Position numbers and translations under genes: made by a program | In this document: one piece after another, positions 1 through 9,898 of the stretch | Layout of the letters: each line of letters begins with the position of its first letter | Position numbering within the stretch: the stretch's first letter is position 1 | Assembly (NCBI RefSeq): GCF_002803295.2 | Contig: NZ_PGGB02000003.1 | Coordinates: forward strand, 30,210-62,209 | Length of the DNA stretch: 32,000 bases | Direction of reading: 5' to 3' | From: Caedibacter taeniospiralis | Lineage (GTDB): Bacteria > Pseudomonadota > Gammaproteobacteria > Francisellales > Francisellaceae | The notes under the pieces: model-generated | Database searches by the model: none | Told to the model about the DNA's origin: nothing | The model's input: only the letters and a program-made list of their open reading frames with translations

Positions 1-327
1 AAGCTCCGACAGATCAAATGGCTTTGTTAAGTAATCATCTGCTCCTGAATCAAGACCTCGTACACGATCACCAACTGCATCTCGTGCGGTTAGTAATAAC
101 ACAGGCACTGCATTTCCCTTGGCACGAATGCTCCTTACAATGGCGATCCCATCTTTAGATGGCAAACCGATATCCATCACTACCGCATCATAAGGTTCAG
201 TATCTAAGGCAAGTTCAGCCATTTTTCCATCCTGCATTAAGTCTACAGCGTAGTTATGCTGTTTTAAACCTTCAACGATCCCCTCACCTAACATGACATC
301 ATCTTCAGCCACCAATATGCGCATTAT
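1..327 (-). CDS. OmpR/PhoP-type response regulator, receiver domain, partial (continues beyond window start)
   Basis: Manual translation from the ATG at 327..325 reads MRILVAEDDVMLGEGIVEGLKQHNYAVDLM...YDAVVMDIGLPSKDG...VPVLLLTARDAVGDRVRGLDSGADDYLTKPFDLSEL, with receiver motifs DD, D, T and K. Confidence 0.93.
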   Translation of the reverse strand, partial: MMRILVAEDDVMLGEGIVEGLKQHNYAVDLMQDGKMAELALDTEPYDAVVMDIGLPSKDGIAIVRSIRAKGNAVPVLLLTARDAVGDRVRGLDSGADDYLTKPFDLSEL

Positions 328-373
328 TACTCCAATCTACTATGATTCTGCTCTATAAGCTAATAGCACTACC

Positions 374-1999
374 TTAAGCAATGTATGCCAACAACCCTTT
401 GGTTGAGCTGTCATAATTGTCATGAGAAAAAACACCCTTTTGCAAACTCTCTAAGATAGGCTTGCTTAACGCTTTTCCCAGCTCAACCCCCCATTGGTCA
501 AAACTATTAATCCCCCAAGTGACTCCTTGAACAAATATTTTATGCTCATACAAAGCGATCAACTCGCCCAGGGCATATGGCGTTAATTCATCCATAATGA
601 TGGTATTGCTTGGCTTGTTACCTGCAATGACCTTTTGTGCTGCCAATGTACTGATCTCATTTTCATTGACTCCAGCACTTTTTAATTCCTGCACAACAGA
701 TGCTAAGGTTTTGCCCTGCATCAATGCTTGAGATTGCGCTAAACAGTTTGCCAGTAACGCTTGTTGATGGTCTTTTAATCCGTGGTGTGGTTTCTTAATT
801 GCAATGAAATCAACGGGGATAGTAATATTGCCTTGATGCAGAAGTTGATGAAAAGCGTGCTGCCCATTGGTGCCAATACCACCCCATAACACAACCCCTG
901 TCTGCTCATGACTTAAAACCCCCTCTTTTTTACAAGACTTTCCATTGCTTTCCATGTCGGCTTGCTGTAAATAATCAACCAGGTAACGCAACCTATCATC
1001 ATAGGCTAAAATCGCCTGTGATTGCGTATGATAAAAGTTACTATACAAAATAGCGGTCATTGCCAAAATCACCGGCATGTTTTGTTTTAGTGGTGCCGTT
1101 TTAAAGTGTTCATCCATAGCATGCGCACCCTTTAGCAAGTCTTCAAAAGCACTATAACCCACGGCAAAAACAATCGCCATTCCGATGGAGGACCATAGTG
1201 AATATCGACCGCCAACCCAACCCCACATTTCAAAGCAGTTTTGCAAGTCAATCCCAAAAGCTTTTACTTTGTCTAATGCGCTTGAAACGGCAACAAAGTG
1301 TCTTGCAATCGCTTTTTCATCCCCGTAATAGTCCAAAAGCCAGCGCCGCGCTGTCATTGCATTCATGAGCGTTTCCTGTGTTGTAAATGATTTTGAGGCA
1401 ACGATAAACAGGGTTGTTTCAGGATTCACTTGATTTAAAACACTCAAAACAGACACTGCATCGACATTTGACACAAAATGCACACGTGTTTTATTAAGGT
1501 GATATGGTCGCAAGGCTTCAACTGCCATCTTGGGTCCCAAATCAGATCCCCCAATACCGATATTGACGACATCTGTTATTGTTTTACCCGAAAATCCACA
1601 CCAACGTCCCTCATGCACATCGTCCACTAACTGTTTAACACGCTGACGCTCCGATTCAATTTCAGATTTTACATTTGCGCCGTCAACACAGACTTCTTGA
1701 TGCGAAAAATCTCGCAAAGCCGTATGCAATACCGCACGATGTTCACTGCTATTAATTTTGTTGCCTGCAAACATTTTATCCCTTAGTTTTTCAACTTTTG
1801 CATCAATTGCTAAGGCAAAAAGTTCATGCAAAATATCCTCGGTTATTTTGTTCTTTGAGTAATCCAATAAAAGTGTTCCAACTTTCAAATGATATTTTTG
1901 AAAGCGCTGACTATCTTCATCAAATAGATTTTGAATGTGCAAATTTGAATATTTATTGATAAGTAAATCCTGCAATCTTTGTCTAATATGCTGATTCAT
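374..1999 (-). CDS. pgi: Glucose-6-phosphate isomerase
   Basis: 541 aa ORF with [36 protein letters not shown] and [12 protein letters not shown] motifs. Confidence 0.97.
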   Translation of the reverse strand: MNQHIRQRLQDLLINKYSNLHIQNLFDEDSQRFQKYHLKVGTLLLDYSKNKITEDILHELFALAIDAKVEKLRDKMFAGNKINSSEHRAVLHTALRDFSHQEVCVDGANVKSEIESERQRVKQLVDDVHEGRWCGFSGKTITDVVNIGIGGSDLGPKMAVEALRPYHLNKTRVHFVSNVDAVSVLSVLNQVNPETTLFIVASKSFTTQETLMNAMTARRWLLDYYGDEKAIARHFVAVSSALDKVKAFGIDLQNCFEMWGWVGGRYSLWSSIGMAIVFAVGYSAFEDLLKGAHAMDEHFKTAPLKQNMPVILAMTAILYSNFYHTQSQAILAYDDRLRYLVDYLQQADMESNGKSCKKEGVLSHEQTGVVLWGGIGTNGQHAFHQLLHQGNITIPVDFIAIKKPHHGLKDHQQALLANCLAQSQALMQGKTLASVVQELKSAGVNENEISTLAAQKVIAGNKPSNTIIMDELTPYALGELIALYEHKIFVQGVTWGINSFDQWGVELGKALSKPILESLQKGVFSHDNYDSSTKGLLAYIA

Positions 2000-2098
2000 G
2001 CTTTATTCCTTTTTCCTTTTAATCTGGTAATCTTTGCCAGCAAGGGTGCATTCAATATACCCCTACATTTATTCAAATAAAAAAATGGGCAGGCGTTT

Positions 2099-2824
2099 TT
2101 ACTCTTGCCATATGAGTCGACGTGCCGCACTTTGCTCTATATGCCAAACGAGTCTTCCCTCTTTCAAATTAACCATTTTGGCGGGATAGTCGATGGTGAT
2201 AGTTTCCCGATCAAATACCTTTTGCAACATATCTGCTTTTGACTCACCAGTCACCAAGAAGTCAATCTCCTTAGCATTGTTAATCACTTTGAGTGTCAAC
2301 GTGACTCGAGCTTGCTTTGACATGGGGTGAGTAGCTACTTCAACCCAACGATCAGAGGATAAGGAAACACCATTTACAAATAGCGAAGCCGTATGCCCGT
2401 CTTCCCCCATGCCTAGCCATAACCAATCGAATTCAGGAAGCATTTCTTTTAGTGGCAGTTTTTTTTTCAGCTGTTGCACATAGTTTATTGCTGCCTGATC
2501 AGGTGAGATTTCACTTTGTATGGGATGTAAATTCTCTCTTGGGATAGCAACATGCCGAAACAATAACCTGTCGGCTTCTCCAAAATTACTCTCCTTATCA
2601 TCAAAGCTCACACAGCGTTCATCACACCACCAAAAATGGAGCTTCCGCCAATTGATGTCGATATGTTGATTTGCTTGCGCTATTAATTCAAACACCGCCT
2701 TTGGTGTGCTGCCACCTGATAACCCAATATGGATGGCGTCTTTTTTTACCTGTGAAAAACGCACAAGTTTTTCCAGCATGGCATAGGTAATATCTTTGCT
2801 GTGTTGATAGATGATATACGACAT
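2099..2824 (-). CDS. pgl: 6-phosphogluconolactonase
   Basis: 241 aa; GLSGGSTPKAVFELI, WWCDERCV and GMGEDGHTASLF motifs; adjacent to zwf. Confidence 0.93.
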   Translation of the reverse strand: MSYIIYQHSKDITYAMLEKLVRFSQVKKDAIHIGLSGGSTPKAVFELIAQANQHIDINWRKLHFWWCDERCVSFDDKESNFGEADRLLFRHVAIPRENLHPIQSEISPDQAAINYVQQLKKKLPLKEMLPEFDWLWLGMGEDGHTASLFVNGVSLSSDRWVEVATHPMSKQARVTLTLKVINNAKEIDFLVTGESKADMLQKVFDRETITIDYPAKMVNLKEGRLVWHIEQSAARRLIWQE

Positions 2825-2831
2825 TTTAACC

Positions 2832-4358
2832 TCAGGTATTTTTGTCTTTTTTATTTTGTTTAAAAACAGAGGATGGATTACGCCAGGCGTGCCCGAGCTC
2901 TGCTAGCATTTTATCCGATTCAAGCGGACCGAAAGAGCCACTGGGATAAAAGCTGAGCATGGTTTTGCCATTTTTATGCAGGTAGTGGATGATAGGGTCA
3001 ATGATATTCCAGCAGGCTTCTACAGCATCATTTCTGGCAAATAAGGTATTATCTCCCTGAAGTGCATCCAAAATTAAACGTTCATAAGCCGTTGGCATTT
3101 CTTTTTGCGCAAAATCTGAATAATAAAATCCCATATCTACTTCATGCGTTTTAAATCCGCTTCCTGGTTCTTTCGCCGCGAAACTCAACTTGATTCCCTC
3201 ATCTGGTTGTATACGAATCACCAGCTGATTTTTAAATTTACTAATCTTTTGTACTTGCGAGAAAAAAGGATGGGGTGTTGGCTTAAAGTTAATAACCACT
3301 TCTGAAACTCGCTGGTTTAAGCGCTTACCTGTACGCACATAAAAAGGTACATCATGCCAACGCCAATTATCGATAAAAAAGCGGATTGCCGCATACGTCT
3401 CGGTCGTGGAGCTTTTGGCAACGCCTTGCTCATCTTTATAGGCGCCCTTAATCACACCTTTAACACAGCCCTCCTGGTATTGACCAACCACCACATTTTG
3501 CCTGATATCCTCTGCAGATTTAAATCGCCGAATCGATTGAAATACTTTTAAGGTTTCATTGCGGATTGAATAAGCGTCCATCTTAGCAGGCGGTTCCATC
3601 GCGACAATTCCCAGAAGCTGGAGCAAATGATTTTGGATCATATCACGAATTGCGCCATTTTGATCATAATATCCCGCACGAGACCCAAGTCCAATCTCCT
3701 CATTCGTATAAATCTGCACATTGTCAATGTGAGCTGCATTCCACAGGGGCTCAAAAATGGCATTCGCAAAGCGAAACACCAAAAGATTTTGAACCGTCTC
3801 TTTGCCGAGGTAATGGTCAATCCTAAACAGTTGTGATTCACGATAGTTCCTCAACAAGTGACTATTTAATGCACAGGCGCTTTCCTCGTCAGTTCCAAAT
3901 GGCTTTTCGATGATGATGCGCTTATATCCGCCACTTTCATCACTTAATCCCAGGTTTGCCAAATGTACTGGAATTTCGTAGTAAAGACTTGGTGGGGTAG
4001 ACAGATAGAATAAAAAGTTATGTTGAAGCTCGTGCACCTTGCACAGAAGCTGTAAGCGCTTATGAAGAGACCTATACCCATCATCCGTATAGACATCAAT
4101 TTCTTGATAAAAAACCTGTTTTAAAAACTTCTCAATGGCTTTTTTATCTTTCGGATATTCCTCTGATAGCGTTTCCTGCATTTTTTGACGAAAACTTTCA
4201 TCGCTAAAGGCAGTCCGAGAAACGCCCAAAATAATGTTGTTTTTGCTTAGGTCTTTTTGTTGATAAAGACTGAAAATTGCAGGCATTAGCTTTCGTGCCG
4301 TGAGATCCCCTGACGCACCAAAAATAACAATAATTCCTTTTGCTAGCTTCTTTTGCAT
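2832..4358 (-). CDS. zwf: Glucose-6-phosphate 1-dehydrogenase
   Basis: 508 aa; IFGASGDLTARKLMPAI, IIEKPFGTD and FRIDHYLGKETVQN motifs. Confidence 0.97.
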   Translation of the reverse strand: MQKKLAKGIIVIFGASGDLTARKLMPAIFSLYQQKDLSKNNIILGVSRTAFSDESFRQKMQETLSEEYPKDKKAIEKFLKQVFYQEIDVYTDDGYRSLHKRLQLLCKVHELQHNFLFYLSTPPSLYYEIPVHLANLGLSDESGGYKRIIIEKPFGTDEESACALNSHLLRNYRESQLFRIDHYLGKETVQNLLVFRFANAIFEPLWNAAHIDNVQIYTNEEIGLGSRAGYYDQNGAIRDMIQNHLLQLLGIVAMEPPAKMDAYSIRNETLKVFQSIRRFKSAEDIRQNVVVGQYQEGCVKGVIKGAYKDEQGVAKSSTTETYAAIRFFIDNWRWHDVPFYVRTGKRLNQRVSEVVINFKPTPHPFFSQVQKISKFKNQLVIRIQPDEGIKLSFAAKEPGSGFKTHEVDMGFYYSDFAQKEMPTAYERLILDALQGDNTLFARNDAVEACWNIIDPIIHYLHKNGKTMLSFYPSGSFGPLESDKMLAELGHAWRNPSSVFKQNKKDKNT

Positions 4359-4501
4359 TAAGCTTCTCTAAGTAATGGTCAAACGCCGTCATTTATATCA
4401 TTTTTTGCTAATAAGTTCACGTGCTAAATGCTAAAGTTTTTCGACACTATCGCACCACCTGTGTTAGCATAAGCCAAAGTGATTTTGCTACCTATGATTT
4501 A

Positions 4502-4738
4502 ATGACTGACAAAGAAAAAGAGATAGAACGTCAAGCCAATATGACGCATAAAGAATTGTTCAAACTCAATGGCGCAAAAGCTGCCGTGCGTTCGTTAATC
4601 TTTATTTTAATTTTTGCTGTATTTTTGTACGCACTAACAGGTGATATGCTATCCCCTGAACTTGCGGTGATTTTCTTCTTGATAGATGCAAGCGTAAATA
4701 CATTTCGCCATAAGTGGTTTAAATCACTGAGGAAGTAA
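4502..4738 (+). CDS. Small hypothetical membrane protein (2TM-domain-like)
   Basis: Track ORF begins at 4421, but the internal ATG at 4502 (MTDKEKEIERQANMTHKELFKLNGAKAAVRSLIFILIFAVFLYALTG...) is the more plausible start. Two hydrophobic segments. The stop abuts the ppa stop. Confidence 0.6.
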   Translation: MTDKEKEIERQANMTHKELFKLNGAKAAVRSLIFILIFAVFLYALTGDMLSPELAVIFFLIDASVNTFRHKWFKSLRK

Positions 4739-5263
4739 TTATGCTTTGTAACGCGCAACACTGGCTTGAATATCCGCCTTAGCAGCTTTTGAGCCTTCAA
4801 AACCGTCAACCTTTACCCATTTATTCGGTTCAAGATCCTTATAGTGTTCAAAGAAATGTTTGATTTGATCTAAAAGTAACTTAGGCAAATCGTTAATCTC
4901 CTTGACATGTTCATAGATTTTGGTCAATTTACTCGTGGGAACTGCAATAATTTTGGCATCAACTCCTGACTCATCGGTCATCTTTAGCACACCAACAGGA
5001 CGACAGTTGATAATGACACCTGGTCTTAAGGCAACAGGGGCTACCACCAGGACATCAACAGGATCTCCATCCTCGGATAATGTGTTTGGGACAAAACCAT
5101 AATTGCAAGGATATTGCATTGTTGTCGCCATGAAGCGATCAACCACCAGCATGTTGGCTTCTTTATCAAACTCATATTTTACAGGTTCATTATTCGCGGG
5201 AATTTCAATCACCACATTGATGTCATTTGGCACATCTTTGCCTACTTTTATATTTGAAATCAT
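4739..5263 (-). CDS. ppa: Inorganic pyrophosphatase
   Basis: 174 aa; [26 protein letters not shown] signature. Confidence 0.97.
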   Translation of the reverse strand: MISNIKVGKDVPNDINVVIEIPANNEPVKYEFDKEANMLVVDRFMATTMQYPCNYGFVPNTLSEDGDPVDVLVVAPVALRPGVIINCRPVGVLKMTDESGVDAKIIAVPTSKLTKIYEHVKEINDLPKLLLDQIKHFFEHYKDLEPNKWVKVDGFEGSKAAKADIQASVARYKA

Positions 5264-5361
5264 ATTGATCCTTGATTTATTTCATTTCTGGTTAGCATAA
5301 CTGGGTTATTCTCTTGTATTTGCTATAATTATTCAACTTTTTAATCAGCAAATAGACTATT

Positions 5362-6162
5362 ATGATTTTCTTACTTTTATTACTTGTTTTATCTGGCTGC
5401 CTTACAGGATTTTTGGCAGGACTTCTTGGAATTGGTGGTGGCATTATTATCGTACCCGTGCTTGCTTTTGTATTTCATCAGTTACCGCAAACAGCCGATG
5501 CGTATATGCAGTTTGCTGCGGGCACCTCGCTTGGCATTATGATTTTTACTGCCATCTCTTCGCTGCCGCACAAGCTACGAAAAAGAGAAATTAATGTTGA
5601 TATTGCCAAGAAAATGCTTCCCTGGATCATTGCCATGAACATAGCAGGCGCCATCATCGCGCATTTGTTAAATCCACGACTATTGGGATTACTATTTGCC
5701 TTACTCATGCTTTTCATGTTTTTGCATATGCTGCTACAAAAAGATAAAAAAACAGATGAGCCAAAACGTAGTGGTCAACGTAAAAGTGCCCTATGGGGAA
5801 GCATAGTGGGTATTAAATCAGGCTTCTTTGGAATTGGAGGTGGCATTATCACCATCCCGTACATTAATTCTCTGGGCTATTCCATTCGTATTGCCATTGG
5901 CACATCCAGTCTTTTTACCTTTATTATTGCTGTTACAGGAAGTGTGTGTTTCATCATCACAGGTTATCTAAACGAGCTCCATATTGCATGGAGCCTAGGT
6001 TACCTGTATCTTCCTGCCATTTTATGCGTTGCCCCAACCAGTATGATCTTTTCCAAGCTTGGTGCAAGCCTGTCAAGTAAAGCACCAACGCGACTGCTCA
6101 AAAGTATCTTTCTTATTATTTTGCTTATCGTTGCCATCAAAATGTTGATTCTTGCCATCTAA
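5362..6162 (+). CDS. TSUP/TauE-SafE family membrane permease
   Basis: 266 aa, polytopic; repeated GLLGIGGGIIIVP and GFFGIGGGIITIPY motifs typical of the family. Confidence 0.9.
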   Translation: MIFLLLLLVLSGCLTGFLAGLLGIGGGIIIVPVLAFVFHQLPQTADAYMQFAAGTSLGIMIFTAISSLPHKLRKREINVDIAKKMLPWIIAMNIAGAIIAHLLNPRLLGLLFALLMLFMFLHMLLQKDKKTDEPKRSGQRKSALWGSIVGIKSGFFGIGGGIITIPYINSLGYSIRIAIGTSSLFTFIIAVTGSVCFIITGYLNELHIAWSLGYLYLPAILCVAPTSMIFSKLGASLSSKAPTRLLKSIFLIILLIVAIKMLILAI

Positions 6163-6358
6163 ATGTATACCACTCTAACGTTGATCAGGTAAATATTCGC
6201 AAAATAATTTACGAGTGGTATAGAGCTACCGATTGATCAGCTTTCCCTATCATGACAATAAGCAATATCTCAACAGCTTATTTTGCCATAACTGACTTAT
6301 TACCCTATGATGCTCTGATGATTTTTATTCTCATTTCACTTTAAAGGAAATTACTTAC

Positions 6359-6421
6359 ATGGCAGGGCAGAACCGCAACCAATATCAATCGGGTCATGAC
6401 CACCGCAGTAATCACCGATAA
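6359..6421 (+). CDS. Candidate 20-aa small ORF (MAGQNRNQYQSGHDHRSNHR)
   Basis: Read directly: AAAGGA motif about 8-10 nt upstream of ATG, 20 codons, TAA stop, followed 13 nt later by a strong hairpin. No homology evidence available. Confidence 0.25.
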   Translation: MAGQNRNQYQSGHDHRSNHR

Positions 6422-6434
6422 AACTACGCGAACG

Positions 6435-6468
6435 TCAACTACTATCTGCTAAAGCAGATAGTAGTTGA
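6435..6468. repeat. Perfect 16-bp inverted repeat with 2-nt spacer (hairpin)
   Basis: TCAACTACTATCTGCT-AA-AGCAGATAGTAGTTGA. The T tract TTTT follows shortly on the + strand, so it may act as a terminator. Confidence 0.85.
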
Positions 6469-6514
6469 TAGTTTTACACAGGCAGCTTTTCCAGATATTG
6501 TGGCTTACACAAAA

Positions 6515-7390
6515 TTAAAGCGGATAAATCAGATTAAAAATCTTCTCAGCCAGTATTTTCTGTGCCTTTGTGGTGGGATGAACATAATCCCAAAATAGAT
6601 GCGTCTGTGGATTACACTCAATGGGAATATCCTGTTGGATCTCGCCATTTTGATCCACCCCACCGAAACTTTTCACGCACGCGTCTGTTGCATTTTCAAA
6701 GCCAAATGCCATGGGAGATTCCAAGGCTTCATGCAAGAAGCTATACGCATCAAGTACTTGAATTCTAAGATGTGGATACTTTCGCTGTAACACGGTAATG
6801 CCATCACTTAATCGCTTGTTTTGTCTTACAATGTTGTTTTTAATGTATTTTTTCAAATACTTGATCATAAGCCTTGGGAAGGGGGAGACTTCATAAGCGG
6901 GGGATAGCGTCACATCTGGGACATTCCAGACGATAATATCTCTAGCCCCTAACTTAATCATGCGATCAATACTGCTTAATAAGTCATTGGCAACACGATA
7001 GACTGCAGGCAGATTTAAAAAAGGTTTTTCATCATGAATAGCAAACAAAAAATTATTACCGCCCCCATTGATCATGACTAAGGCATCCCTGTTAAATCTC
7101 CCTCTTTCAGCCACATAGCGATCAATTTGTACTTGCAGTGAAAATGCATGATCTGTCAGCATTGATTTTGGATTTTTACCACTGGTGCACGCCCCACCAA
7201 TAGCGTAGTTATAAAGCATCGGCTTAGCTGCTTCTTTAGCTTTAATCATATCTACTAAATATTCGCAAGCCACAAATCCATCACAAAAGCGCCCATGATC
7301 ATAAGGCACTCCAGGAATATCCAAGGTTTTCATTAAGTTTCCATTATCTTGTAAGCTATCACCAAACACGACAATACTACCAACAGTCAT
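6515..7390 (-). CDS. SGNH/GDSL-family hydrolase (lipase/lysophospholipase-like)
   Basis: 291 aa; VVFGDSLQDNGN, INGGGNNFLF and terminal DYVHPTTKAQKILAEKIF (D-x-x-H dyad). Start codon preceded by GAAGGAG. Confidence 0.88.
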   Translation of the reverse strand: MTVGSIVVFGDSLQDNGNLMKTLDIPGVPYDHGRFCDGFVACEYLVDMIKAKEAAKPMLYNYAIGGACTSGKNPKSMLTDHAFSLQVQIDRYVAERGRFNRDALVMINGGGNNFLFAIHDEKPFLNLPAVYRVANDLLSSIDRMIKLGARDIIVWNVPDVTLSPAYEVSPFPRLMIKYLKKYIKNNIVRQNKRLSDGITVLQRKYPHLRIQVLDAYSFLHEALESPMAFGFENATDACVKSFGGVDQNGEIQQDIPIECNPQTHLFWDYVHPTTKAQKILAEKIFNLIYPL

Positions 7391-8096
7391 CTTTCACTCC
7401 TTCGTAAAAATTTACCATCCACTGCGCCACCACCCTACCGTGATCGCGCATTCTAAGACTATCCATACCTGATTCAAAACAGTGCGATAGTGTTTCTTTT
7501 TGCTCCTTTATCAATAAGTGATTATGTGCGCGCAACATCTCAGGGTGTGCCTGCATTCCCCAGATTTGATCACCAATCACAAACATTTGCACAGGACAAA
7601 AAGTATTCGTCGCGATCAATTTAGCATTCTTGGGTAACTCAACGACTTGATCCTGATGATAAAACGTTAGACTCAAGTGATCATGATAAGGGCACATCCA
7701 CTCCAGTTTTTCAAGTATTTTAATACACTGCACACCAACCCCCCAACCTTTGATAGAGCGCTCCACTCGCCCGCCTAAAGCCTGGGCTAATATTTGATGA
7801 CCAAAGCAAATACCAATGATTTTTTTCTTAAGCTGATATAGCGTTTTTATTTTATCCTCTAAGATACAAATCCAATCCAAACGCTCAAAGGTAGTCGCCT
7901 TACTGCCTGTAATAATGTATTTCTCATAGCAATTTAAATCATCAGGGTATTCACCCACGGTGACATCAAACACATCGATATCAACAATGGTAAATACTTT
8001 CAAGAAAAGATTGGCAAACATATCAGGATAATTCCCCCCAGAGATACAGCGTCTATACTCTGGAACATGATCCGCTTGCAGTAAAGCAATCTTCAT
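7377..8096 (-). CDS. Class I glutamine amidotransferase-like protein
   Basis: 239 aa; nucleophile elbow IIGICFGHQILAQALGG and downstream MQAHPEM (Cys-His-Glu triad). Overlaps the hydrolase start by 14 nt. Confidence 0.88.
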   Translation of the reverse strand: MKIALLQADHVPEYRRCISGGNYPDMFANLFLKVFTIVDIDVFDVTVGEYPDDLNCYEKYIITGSKATTFERLDWICILEDKIKTLYQLKKKIIGICFGHQILAQALGGRVERSIKGWGVGVQCIKILEKLEWMCPYHDHLSLTFYHQDQVVELPKNAKLIATNTFCPVQMFVIGDQIWGMQAHPEMLRAHNHLLIKEQKETLSHCFESGMDSLRMRDHGRVVAQWMVNFYEGVKDDCW

Positions 8097-8105
8097 TAAT
8101 GCCTC

Positions 8106-9011
8106 TTAAATCATCTCTTTTAATTGCAACAATGCTGCTTTTGATAACTTAAAGGTATACAGCTTACTGCCATGCTCTTTATTGGTTTTAAAGCCGATCA
8201 GACCATCATCCAGATTCAAAATCTCGTCAATCCCAACAAAAGTTTCTCTTATGCTCTGATCTTCCTTTTTCTGCCATGTTTCCTTGGCGCGAGTAATGGC
8301 TTGTCGGTAAGAGCCGTGCACTTTGTTCTCACGCACTCTTTGGATAAACTGATTGGCAAGCTGAGGCAATTCATCTTCGAGCTTTTTAAGCTCATACAGC
8401 GTTCTGACATCTTCGATAAAACCATCATCAGTTAGCGCGCGAATCGCGGCTGATGACTTGGCTAACTTTAAGCGCAATGAGACCCAGCTTGGGTCTCTTC
8501 CCAATGAGTGAGCAACATCAGCTTTATTCATTTTGCGTTTCATCACAAGCTCCGTTAAAGCGTCTGCTTCTTCAAAAGGCGACACTTTTTCACGCTGTTC
8601 ATTTTCAAGTAGCTGAATGATTAAAATGTCGTTATCCGCTTCATCACGCACAATGCAAGGAATGCTTGTAAGTCGAAGCTGTTTAGCAGCTCTAAACCGA
8701 CGCTCTCCCGCAATAATATGATAAAAACCATCACCTTTTTTAGGCGTCACAATAATCGGCTGAATTATCCCTCTTTCTACAATACTTTGCGCGAGCATAT
8801 CAATATTCTTGAATACCTTGCGTGGTTGACTGGGATCTGGTAAAAGATCTGCCAGGCTCAAGGCAAGCAAACGTCCTGATTGGGTCGCATCTTGATTTAA
8901 AGCATCAAGTTTTAACGCCAAAAGTGTTTCTTTTTTGCTTTCAGCACTGCCATCTTGACTGCCCAACTCGTGAACACGCTTACGATTTGCTAAGGATACT
9001 TTGGCATTCAT
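8106..9011 (-). CDS. parB: ParB/RepB/Spo0J-family partition protein
   Basis: 301 aa; LLPDPSQPRKVF, IAGERRFRAAKQL, NEQREKVSPFEEA and a KADVAHSLGRDPSWVSLRLKL helix-turn-helix; follows parA. Confidence 0.9.
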   Translation of the reverse strand: MNAKVSLANRKRVHELGSQDGSAESKKETLLALKLDALNQDATQSGRLLALSLADLLPDPSQPRKVFKNIDMLAQSIVERGIIQPIIVTPKKGDGFYHIIAGERRFRAAKQLRLTSIPCIVRDEADNDILIIQLLENEQREKVSPFEEADALTELVMKRKMNKADVAHSLGRDPSWVSLRLKLAKSSAAIRALTDDGFIEDVRTLYELKKLEDELPQLANQFIQRVRENKVHGSYRQAITRAKETWQKKEDQSIRETFVGIDEILNLDDGLIGFKTNKEHGSKLYTFKLSKAALLQLKEMI

Positions 9012-9649
9012 GCAGTCACTCCTGCAAAGGATGCAACAATTTCTTTTGCCAGGCGCCTGACCTGGACATGTACATTGCTCTCAGGTGCGTAATCACCGAT
9101 ATACATCCCAGAGGCTTCGGCCTCGACAAATTTCACACTTTGTGGGATATAGGTACTAAATGACTTCCCTTCTTCCTCTAAAACATTTAACAGGCTTCGT
9201 GACATGTTTGACCCTTTGATTACTCTATTTGCCAAGAGCTTATAAGGACGATCCGCCGTAAGTGCTAAATCTTTGGCTTCTAACAAACCTGACAAATCCA
9301 TGCCGCTTGGAGCGGCGGGGATAATCACCAAATCGGCCAGTAAGGCAGCTTTGAGCGCTGCGGTTTGAAAATTAGGTGGGGTATCAATAACAATATAATC
9401 CACTTTGGATTTGATCTCAGATATCGCTTCTCTGGCATGTTTTTCATCTACTTGGATGACATAATCTATGGAATTTTCATTCTTTGCCGCCCACGACCAG
9501 GCATCAGGCTTGTCTTTATCCATATCGATCACGATGACTGAGTGCCCCAACTCCTTCAATCCGCCATAAATATTCATTGCCGTGGTTGTTTTCCCCGAAC
9601 CCCCTTTTTGCTGCAAAAGAGCAATTACCTTCGCTGTTTTCATTATCAA
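9008..9649 (-). CDS. parA: ParA-family ATPase
   Basis: 213 aa; QQKGGSGKTTTAMN deviant Walker A, YIVIDTPPN. Stop overlaps the parB start (ATGA). Confidence 0.93.
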   Translation of the reverse strand: MIMKTAKVIALLQQKGGSGKTTTAMNIYGGLKELGHSVIVIDMDKDKPDAWSWAAKNENSIDYVIQVDEKHAREAISEIKSKVDYIVIDTPPNFQTAALKAALLADLVIIPAAPSGMDLSGLLEAKDLALTADRPYKLLANRVIKGSNMSRSLLNVLEEEGKSFSTYIPQSVKFVEAEASGMYIGDYAPESNVHVQVRRLAKEIVASFAGVTA

Positions 9650-9898
9650 TGATTAAATTAGATTTTATGCTCGCGCTAGTATATACCAACCACAAAGCAT
9701 TTTGCAGTATTTTAGCGTCTAATAAGGTGATGACAATATCTTCGCCCATGATGACGCATTGCGTAGGGGGTGTATTGCATACGCCCTTGCAAAAATGGGC
9801 GGAAATTCTGTCAAGCTCTCCAATTTCAGGCAAAATGGGCTTGAATTTGGCAAGGTGCAAAGTCGTGGAAATTGGTGCAACTCAATCATTTTGTTACC

